Shown here: piece by piece, positions 26,701-32,000 of the stretch
Layout of the letters: each line of letters starts with the position of its first letter
Numbering within the stretch: position 1 is the first letter of the stretch
Assembly (NCBI GenBank): GCA_041677685.1
Contig: JBAYPN010000002.1
Coordinates: forward strand, 1-32,000
DNA from: an archaeon
GTDB lineage: Archaea > Iainarchaeota > Iainarchaeia > Iainarchaeales > CSSED10-239
Direction of reading: 5' to 3'
DNA length: 32,000 nucleotides
The notes under the pieces: model-generated
Seen by the model: only the letters and a program-made list of their open reading frames with translations
Databases searched by the model: none
What the model was told of the DNA's origin: nothing
Program-made: the position numbers and the translations under genes

Positions 26701-27323
26701 GCTTTTTAGATTTTAAGATCCCAAACTACAATTATGAAAAAAAAACTATTAAAGAGATTATAGAATCTAAATATCTTAACAATTCTAAATATGTTGGAAA
26801 CTGTGCACAACTTTCAGTTGACTCTTTAAATTATCTTTTTAACTATAAGGATAAATATAATGTTGCTGATGCTTGGTATCTTGTAGGTAATAATAATATT
26901 AGTGTCTGGAGAAAAGATGCTGACAGGCCATTAAACATCTCACATTTGATCCCTGGAGTAGTTCTTGGAATCCATACTAGTGGAAACAATTATTATGAAT
27001 ATAAAAATTTTATTAAACCAAATAACTATGATCTACCAAACTTTTATTTAAATCAAGGATATTATTCTTATTCTGGGCACAAAATAAAAGTACCTTACAC
27101 ACATGTTGTTTCTTATCTTGGAGATGTTGGAGATGATAGAGGTGTGGTTTTAAATGCAGGTAGTTCAAATATTTATTCTTTATTAATATCAGATTATGTG
27201 CCTAGGGGTAAAGATGAAGGAAATTGGATTGTAAGAACTATTGTTGAGGTTTTAGTTCCAAGTAACTATTACTCAGAAGAAGAAATTAAAAATTTGAAGA
27301 CTTATTTGACATCTTTTGATTAG
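23766..27323 (+). CDS. Large (1185 aa) secreted/membrane protein with an internal TM hairpin and a C-terminal Cys/His peptidase-like region
   Basis: GGGAG at 23755-23759 lies 6 nt upstream of ATG 23766. There is an N-terminal hydrophobic signal or anchor, then two TM segments (about 24495-24560 and 24609-24665) flanking the basic loop KIKEKENRREKRKNKK. The rest is long, N/Y/D-rich and apparently extracellular. Near the C-terminus are GNCAQLSVDSL (Cys codon 26802), PGVVLGIH and YTHVVSYLGD. Confidence 0.7.
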   Translation: MIDNRFLIIFVILVVFFTFNINSYEIVDSKTVFYDQEINLNLLDLNENSDHLKVILSVINFDDDKVYFEKELSSSKQDLDNFTFSKLYNPRLLFKYDFYDQNSQLLFQKIYQIDLIENPKDFKIFICNSEKQKDCVPSSRLSYKDSIYVFSSNSSIVDYNVSVFDLEGNLQKEYSLVSLPLKLDFDYLGIYKIKVEANNISKTQFLEITNQKENPEYFLDISNKDGVESLEPMANNALKNKNNLFLFLKIILIIILLVLIYSFLFKIKEKENRREKRKNKKLLVILIIILFISFSFITPLHSYEIEYNDLEISYQDLQTKFEYPKEISLLVYPGISSQKKIIPIVDFDQIYSGELNLNESYEIEDKNFKNSTLDLDISLIDVYLIADKKIQQQLKLDNLKTYQECYNVINFYNNNPIQSRADLVNRTFFGLINDNHFSEGCVSDLVNSNILVPKKLLVEINYSDSSFDYNKNKTFDLKCNISHIFWNAESKKIKLNLIYTDKLDLQMKVTNNLKDIIFNLENNGVNISSKGQFPKETDTINYLKNDILSLQNLSLSNDFNFFEFEIINGDIVKFSDFYSRAVNIENRGVNYNLRSISKMIETDNKNNFLIDYYLINGNLSKSKSTYFSRNRSKLRVKSAKENITFYNNDDGLYVKDDFGYEKIYPDNYNLNIYYYYKVYPDYIDFYVINYDVENIIIYNDVFSYTFFNSLLTLDSDLNITNISSNEFGRSITIDNKYTFNSELFIPNLDSYYLIDEDYVLKEKSNLQSFYDQDQNLLFESILNKQYSFFKEDFEELKRKIIISTDVSNAYDFDRKQTNLFIAYYLSKIEDSFDSPSKVHDFFCKQDSYEKYSGYFKNANFSYFKYNFLDSIDVYGNNPFIIEKDFNKVDYERFCQYLINKPNQETIDFTTAIFLGADYLQQEKVSVKFLDSVLVNSSYSHIFTKKELYLFVSNYLLFNNILQDENLSYAYELKKIYNNSFLDFKIPNYNYEKKTIKEIIESKYLNNSKYVGNCAQLSVDSLNYLFNYKDKYNVADAWYLVGNNNISVWRKDADRPLNISHLIPGVVLGIHTSGNNYYEYKNFIKPNNYDLPNFYLNQGYYSYSGHKIKVPYTHVVSYLGDVGDDRGVVLNAGSSNIYSLLISDYVPRGKDEGNWIVRTIVEVLVPSNYYSEEEIKNLKTYLTSFD

Positions 27324-27384
27324 ATTTTTGGAATGTGTTTTTTTATTAAAGGTATTTACTTTTAAGATCTATATTTTAGGTTTA

Positions 27385-27396
27385 TTTATAAATGTT
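27385..27396 (+). promoter_or_regulatory. Candidate TATA box/promoter motif TTTATAAATGTT upstream of 27439 gene
   Basis: Identical 12-mer to those at 19295 and 29978. It ends 42 nt upstream of ATG 27439, and AGGT at 27428-27431 is SD-like. Confidence 0.5.
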
Positions 27397-27438
27397 TCGA
27401 GTTATAATTTTTAGTGTTTATGTTTATAGGTAATTGTT

Positions 27439-29742
27439 ATGATGGATCCAGATTTAGTAAATTATATTTTTGAAGAAATAAAAAAAGGAAAATCAAAAGA
27501 AGAACTTTTCACTTTCTTAACTGTTGAGCAATCATTAAAGATTGAAAGAGAATATTTTGAACAAGCATATTTAGTTGCAAATAAAAAGATTTCTTTACTA
27601 AATAATATTAGAAACTCACAAAGTAATGATAGCCCTTCTCAAACAACTCCTCAAGAAGTACCCTCTCAAGGGACATTTTCTTCTAACAATTCTATAAATT
27701 TAGGTCATGGTAATGATGATTCTAGTAATATTACTTCTCAAAATAGTTCTGTAAACAACAATAGAGAGGATGTTGAAAAAAATTACTTCTCAATTGAAAA
27801 TTATAAAAAACCAGCAACGGTTGCTAAAGATTATAGTAAATATAGTTTGGGTAATGATCAGAATCAAAATCAAAATCAAAATAAAAATACCAATCAGAAT
27901 AACTATTCAAACAATAACCAGAATAACCATAATACAGGTAATCAAAACACTACCCAAAATAAAAAGTTAGAACCTAAAAAATCAAAGAAAGGCTTTAAGA
28001 TTTTTTTAGCAATTTTTATAATATTACTTTTGTTAGTTGTTATTTACTTGTTTATTTTACCAAAAGTTGGAATTGATCTTAACCTAGAGTCATTATTTAA
28101 AAAGTCTTCTCAAGAAATTGATAACTCAAGTATGGATAGAGATCTAGTAGCTGTTGTTTCTGCAACACCAAAACCTGGGAATTATTCTGAGAAGATTGAT
28201 GTTTCTTTTTCAACAGATTTAAATGATGCTGTCATATATTATAGTTTAGATGAAAAAGACATAATTACTAATGGGTTATTGTATACTGCTCCAATTTCAA
28301 TTGATAAAAACACAGTTGTTAATGTTGTTGCTTCTAAGGATGGTAGCTTGTCAGAGACTTTTTATTTTAATTATTTGTTTGTTGTAGATAGCAATAATGT
28401 TTCTAATGATAATAATGTTGTAGAAACCTGCTCTGATGGAATTAAAAATCAAGACGAAACAGGTGTTGATTGTGGGGGGGTTTGTCAACCTTGTCCTGAT
28501 CAAGATCAAAATCTTCCTTCTGTAGAAACTTGTTCTGATGGAATTAAAAATCAAGACGAAACAGGTGTTGATTGTGGAGGAGTTTGTCAACCTTGTTTAC
28601 CAGCTGGTGGCTCAGGTGGTGGCTCAGGTGGTGGCTCAGGTGGTGGCTCAAATCCTCCAGTAAACCCTCCAGTAGATGTTACCTTTTGTGACTCAGATAT
28701 AGTTAATTACTCTAAAACTATAAACGGACCTTCTAAAGATTTATTAAAAACTGCAGATAATAAATTATTAGTTATTGGTAATAGTGTAAATAATAATAAT
28801 AGTTACATAACTAAATTAAATTCTGACTATACTTTAGTTTGGGATCATAATTACCCAGCATCTAACATAGTATTTAATTCTATAACAGAAACAACTAATG
28901 GTTATTTGGTAACTGGTAGCTTAGATAACAAGATTGCTCTTTTTAAAATAAGTTTGGATGGAGATTTAGATTGGAACAAGAGCTATAATTATTCAAATTC
29001 AGTTGCACATTTTATAACTAAGACAGGGACAAGTTACATAGTTGGAGGTAGTTATTCTAATGTTGATTCTTTTGACTTCTTATTAATCAAAGTTAATGAA
29101 GATGGTCAACAAATTTCACAGTTTACAAAATCTGTATTTAATAATGATTATTATTATAAGGCAGTAACAGATAACTCATATATTTACCTTTTAGGGAAAT
29201 CAAATTTAAATAATAATAATTATGATTATATTTCTAAAAATAAGATTTCTGACCTTTCAGAAGTTTGGTCAAATATAATTCAGTCGTCTGTAAGTTCTAA
29301 TCAAGCAATATATTTAGACACAGAAAACCTATTTATTTCAAATTTACAAGATACATTTGTTGGAGTTGATGAAAATGTAGTTTTAGATGTTAAAGAAAAG
29401 TTAGCTATTGTTAATGTAAATAAAGCTGATGGTAATATAGATAACATTTATTATTTCAAATTTTCAAATTGTAACGATTGTCAACCAATTGGAAGAAATA
29501 TTTTTAAAAAAGAAAACTCATACTTAATTTTTGGGATTTTAAATAATTTTAGTAAAGGGGTTACTTTTGAAGTTGACAGCACTTTTGAAAACTCTTTATT
29601 TGAGGAGCAGTATACAGAGTTGTCAAGTAATTTAGATGATATCTTTGTAGATGTTATATATAATGATAATAAGTATACTACTCTAAATAACACATCTAGT
29701 TGTTTGGTGGATAATTCTTTAGTATTAATTGATTTGGAATGA
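27439..29742 (+). CDS. Type II membrane-anchored mosaic surface protein (767 aa)
   Basis: Domain order by eye:
1. An N-terminal ~50-aa domain paralogous to the 33..677 product.
2. An S/N/Q-rich linker including NQNQNQNKNTNQN.
3. A TM helix (FKIFLAIFIILLLLVVIYLFILP).
4. A chitobiase/hexosaminidase-C-terminal-like segment (PGNYSEKIDVSFS...AVIYYSLDEKD...YTAPISIDKNTVVNVVA).
5. Two copies of ETCSDGIKNQDETGVDCGGVCQPC.
6. A (GGGS)n linker.
7. A ~350-aa C-terminal region with propeller-like repeats (GYLVTGSLDNKIALFKISLDGDLDW; SYIVGGSYSN..FLLIKVNEDGQ). Confidence 0.75.
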   Translation: MMDPDLVNYIFEEIKKGKSKEELFTFLTVEQSLKIEREYFEQAYLVANKKISLLNNIRNSQSNDSPSQTTPQEVPSQGTFSSNNSINLGHGNDDSSNITSQNSSVNNNREDVEKNYFSIENYKKPATVAKDYSKYSLGNDQNQNQNQNKNTNQNNYSNNNQNNHNTGNQNTTQNKKLEPKKSKKGFKIFLAIFIILLLLVVIYLFILPKVGIDLNLESLFKKSSQEIDNSSMDRDLVAVVSATPKPGNYSEKIDVSFSTDLNDAVIYYSLDEKDIITNGLLYTAPISIDKNTVVNVVASKDGSLSETFYFNYLFVVDSNNVSNDNNVVETCSDGIKNQDETGVDCGGVCQPCPDQDQNLPSVETCSDGIKNQDETGVDCGGVCQPCLPAGGSGGGSGGGSGGGSNPPVNPPVDVTFCDSDIVNYSKTINGPSKDLLKTADNKLLVIGNSVNNNNSYITKLNSDYTLVWDHNYPASNIVFNSITETTNGYLVTGSLDNKIALFKISLDGDLDWNKSYNYSNSVAHFITKTGTSYIVGGSYSNVDSFDFLLIKVNEDGQQISQFTKSVFNNDYYYKAVTDNSYIYLLGKSNLNNNNYDYISKNKISDLSEVWSNIIQSSVSSNQAIYLDTENLFISNLQDTFVGVDENVVLDVKEKLAIVNVNKADGNIDNIYYFKFSNCNDCQPIGRNIFKKENSYLIFGILNNFSKGVTFEVDSTFENSLFEEQYTELSSNLDDIFVDVIYNDNKYTTLNNTSSCLVDNSLVLIDLE
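28420..28596 (+). repeat. In-frame 102-bp tandem duplication encoding the Cys motif module
   Basis: Copy 1 (28420-28494) and copy 2 (28522-28596) differ at only 4 of 75 positions. All four are synonymous third-position transitions (ACC/ACT, TGC/TGT and GGG/GGA twice). Confidence 0.9.
28606..28650 (+). repeat. 12-bp coding microsatellite (GGTGGTGGCTCA) encoding GGSGGGSGGGSGGGS
   Basis: ggtggctca is followed by three copies of ggtggtggctca. This is a locally GC-rich island in AT-rich sequence. Confidence 0.9.
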
Positions 29743-29930
29743 TATTTAGAGTTACTTTACCAAACTGTTGTTTAGAAGTACTTAATTTAAAACTAATTTA
29801 AATTTAAAATATAAAAACTTAGGTCAATTAAAAAGTAAACTATTGCTGAAAACTTTGTAGATGAATGGTAAGCAATTACTTGTAATTAATAAAAGTTATT
29901 TAAAAAGCAGATTAACAATTGATAGGGGGC

Positions 29931-29989
29931 ACCTTTACCTTTGGTCATTAATTACCTTTAGTCATTTTTAAGATACCTTTATAAATGTT
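29931..29989 (+). promoter_or_regulatory. Direct repeats ACCTTT(R)GTCATT abutting a TATA box (candidate operator plus promoter)
   Basis: ACCTTT occurs at 29931, 29937, 29954 and 29975. ACCTTTGGTCATT (29937-29949) and ACCTTTAGTCATT (29954-29966) are 17 nt apart. The last ACCTTT runs into TTTATAAATGTT (29978-29989), about 48 nt upstream of the TTG start at 30037. Confidence 0.45.
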
Positions 29990-30036
29990 ATGTTTTATAA
30001 TATAATTATTTTTATAAAATTTAGAGGTGTATTATT

Positions 30037-32000
30037 TTGGCAAAGAAAGAAAGTAAAATAAAAAATACAAAAACAAATTTAAAAACAAATACAAAAAACA
30101 AATTAACAAGAAATGGAAACATTTATTTTATAATAATTATAGTTTTATTAATAGCATTAATTTTTATAACAGGATTTAGGACTGAAGGTTTTTTAACAAA
30201 AGTACTTTCGTTAGATAGTTCTTCTAGAAATGTTAAAAGTGCGAGTTGTGTTTATGCTGACTTAACTAACTTAAAATCATCTGATTCTTTAGTGTTAGGT
30301 TGTGAGTATGATAAATCTATAGGTTATTTTTGTGATGAGGATTTAAAATTAAAATCAAAAACTTATACTCTTAAAAGAGATACTTGTAAAACTTTAAATA
30401 CATGTTTTGATGGCATTAAAAATCAAAATGAAACTCAAATAGATTGTGGAGGAGTTTGTGCTCCTTGTAACTCAGGTTCAGGTTCTAGTTGTGAAGATGA
30501 TTCTGATTGTGATGATGGTAATCCATGTACAAGTGAATATTGTAGTCAAGCAGGAGAATGTGTGGTTTCTGTATCCTTAAATGGTTCAAGTTGTGGAGAT
30601 GATCAGGTTTGTGATTCAGGAGTTTGTTATGGTTTAGATGCTTTTGATTGTAGTCAATATCCAAGTTGTCAAGGTAATGATTGTTACTATATTCATGCAT
30701 TAAGTGATATGCCAGTTTGTGCAGATTTAGATGCTGGATCTGGTTGGGAATTTACCCATACAGATATTGGGCAACAGTTAATATTGCCTTGGGCAGGTAC
30801 CTCTAATGTCCCACAAACACAAATTATTGTAAATGGAGAGGATTTAGAAGATGGAGACTTAGTTGGTGTTTTCCATTTTGATGAAGAGTTGCAGATGGAT
30901 GTTTGTGAAGGCTTTATTGCTTGGGATGCTGTAAATGTACCTTATAATCTTATTTTAGTAAGCGCTTTTACTCCTATATTACCTTTATGGGGAGGAATGG
31001 TTCCTGGTGAAGAACTAATTTGGAAAGTTTATAAAAAATCAACAGACACAGAGTATGTAATGACACCTACCTTTTATAATGCTGATGAGCTAGCAGATGG
31101 TGGAATGAGTATAATTGATTTCTCTCAAAATAATTATTTTGCTCCTGATGAACTTACAGTTTTAAAGAAATTAGAAAATATACAAAATTGTAGTAGTAAC
31201 TATGATTGTTCAGATGGAGATCTATGTACTCAAGATATTTGTACAAATGGAGTTTGTTCAAATCCAATTGTAAACAATGGGTCAAGTTGTGGTGGAGGTA
31301 ACATCTGTTTTAATGGTAACTGTATAGAGCCAGAATGTACTTCTGCATCTAATTGTGAAACACAACTTTGTTATAATACAACATGTACTGATTATGTATG
31401 TAAAAACACAATGTATCCTGACAACACACTTTGTGGAACTAATATGATTTGTCAAGCAGGAAATTGTGTAGCTGAACCAGAATGTTCTGTAGCTTCAGAT
31501 TGTCCTGATGATCTAAACCCTTGTACTTATAATGTTTGTTCTTCAGGGGAATGTTCATATCAAAATGTAAGTAATGGAACAAGTTGTGGGAATAATATGG
31601 TTTGTCAAGCAGGGAATTGTGTAGCTGAACCTGAATGTGCTTCTAATGATGATTGTGAGGCTGGAGAGATTTGTTCATCAGGAATTTGTGTAGCTGAACC
31701 TGCAAATTATTGTATGACAAATGCACAATGTGATGATGGTTTAGATTGGACAACTAACTATTGTGGAGCTGATCACACCTGTGTGAATGTAGATAACATA
31801 GGATATAGTTATAGTAAACTTAAAAATCCAAATGGTAGTATAGAAGAATATAGTTGTCAAGTAAAAGAAGATTGTCCAACAAACACAATAGACCCTTGTC
31901 ATAAACTAAATGCTAATGCTTGTTCAGGAACATCCAAATGTGCTTATTCACAACAACCACCTGAACCTAATCCATTTTATAATGGAGACAAAATATGTAG
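30037..32000 (+). CDS. Membrane-anchored cysteine-rich repeat surface protein, 3'-partial (runs off the window)
   Basis: This ORF is not in the supplied ORF track. I translated it by hand. An in-frame TAG lies at 30022, GAGGTG at 30024-30029 and TTG at 30037. From there the frame is open for 654 codons to the window end, and the last complete codon ends at 31998. The N-terminus is Lys-rich (AKKESKIKNTKTNLK) and is followed by a TM helix (IYFIIIIVLLIALIFITGF). Next comes CFDGIKNQNETQIDCGGVCAPC (30403-30468). After that there are at least 5 Cys-rich modules of type C..D.DC.D.NPCT...C..G.C.....NG.SCG....C..G.C. Confidence 0.8.
   Translation, partial: MAKKESKIKNTKTNLKTNTKNKLTRNGNIYFIIIIVLLIALIFITGFRTEGFLTKVLSLDSSSRNVKSASCVYADLTNLKSSDSLVLGCEYDKSIGYFCDEDLKLKSKTYTLKRDTCKTLNTCFDGIKNQNETQIDCGGVCAPCNSGSGSSCEDDSDCDDGNPCTSEYCSQAGECVVSVSLNGSSCGDDQVCDSGVCYGLDAFDCSQYPSCQGNDCYYIHALSDMPVCADLDAGSGWEFTHTDIGQQLILPWAGTSNVPQTQIIVNGEDLEDGDLVGVFHFDEELQMDVCEGFIAWDAVNVPYNLILVSAFTPILPLWGGMVPGEELIWKVYKKSTDTEYVMTPTFYNADELADGGMSIIDFSQNNYFAPDELTVLKKLENIQNCSSNYDCSDGDLCTQDICTNGVCSNPIVNNGSSCGGGNICFNGNCIEPECTSASNCETQLCYNTTCTDYVCKNTMYPDNTLCGTNMICQAGNCVAEPECSVASDCPDDLNPCTYNVCSSGECSYQNVSNGTSCGNNMVCQAGNCVAEPECASNDDCEAGEICSSGICVAEPANYCMTNAQCDDGLDWTTNYCGADHTCVNVDNIGYSYSKLKNPNGSIEEYSCQVKEDCPTNTIDPCHKLNANACSGTSKCAYSQQPPEPNPFYNGDKIC

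Noticed and set aside
28420-28596. Could the 102-bp near-identical repeat pair be a diversity-generating retroelement template/variable repeat pair?
   Set aside because: No reverse transcriptase is in the window. The copies are directly tandem and in frame. The four differences are synonymous transitions (two C/T, two G/A) and are not adenine-specific substitutions.
30485-30700. 71-aa His/Asn-rich minus-strand ORF
   Set aside because: It is the antisense shadow of the Cys-rich (TGT/GAT-rich) plus-strand ORF that starts at 30037. The plus frame is open for 654 codons and has a coherent repeat architecture.

Overview
An AT-rich archaeal chromosomal segment with almost every gene on the + strand. 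The archaeal call rests on RpoH, split RNA polymerase B''/B' and A'/A'' subunits, L30e, an ATP-dependent DNA ligase and archaeal-type AlaRS and ProRS. The small-genome, DPANN-like style is inference only.

Positions 1-21 kb are informational housekeeping. They hold an EgtD-like methyltransferase, alaS, a membrane-anchored 2xHKD phospholipase-D-like protein, tRNA-Pro(UGG), a Lys-rich unknown protein, proS, DNA ligase and one minus-strand KaiC-like ATPase. These are followed by the conserved cluster rpoH-rpoB2-rpoB1-rpoA1-rpoA2-rpl30e-rps12-rps7. The cluster is atypical in three ways:
- It has long AT-rich spacers that carry perfect 17-bp minisatellites.
- There is no nusA between rpl30e and rps12.
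- No EF-2 or EF-1alpha gene follows rps7.

Positions 21-32 kb look accessory. They contain two unknown Lys-rich ORFs separated by one in-frame TGA, a SAM methyltransferase and a small beta-sandwich-like protein. Three consecutive large secreted or membrane-anchored proteins follow:
- A 1185-aa protein with a C-terminal Cys/His peptidase-like signature.
- A 767-aa mosaic protein with duplicated Cys-motif modules and propeller-like repeats.
- A Cys-rich repeat protein of more than 654 codons that starts at TTG 30037 and runs off the window. It is absent from the supplied ORF track.

The first ORF of the window (33..677) is a truncated, 'headless' paralogue of the cytoplasmic-plus-TM part of the 767-aa protein. 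A shared promoter-like motif, TTTATAAATGTT, recurs about 45-50 nt upstream of several starts. No CRISPR array, transposase, integrase or rRNA was seen. All homology calls come from motif recognition by eye, with no searches run.
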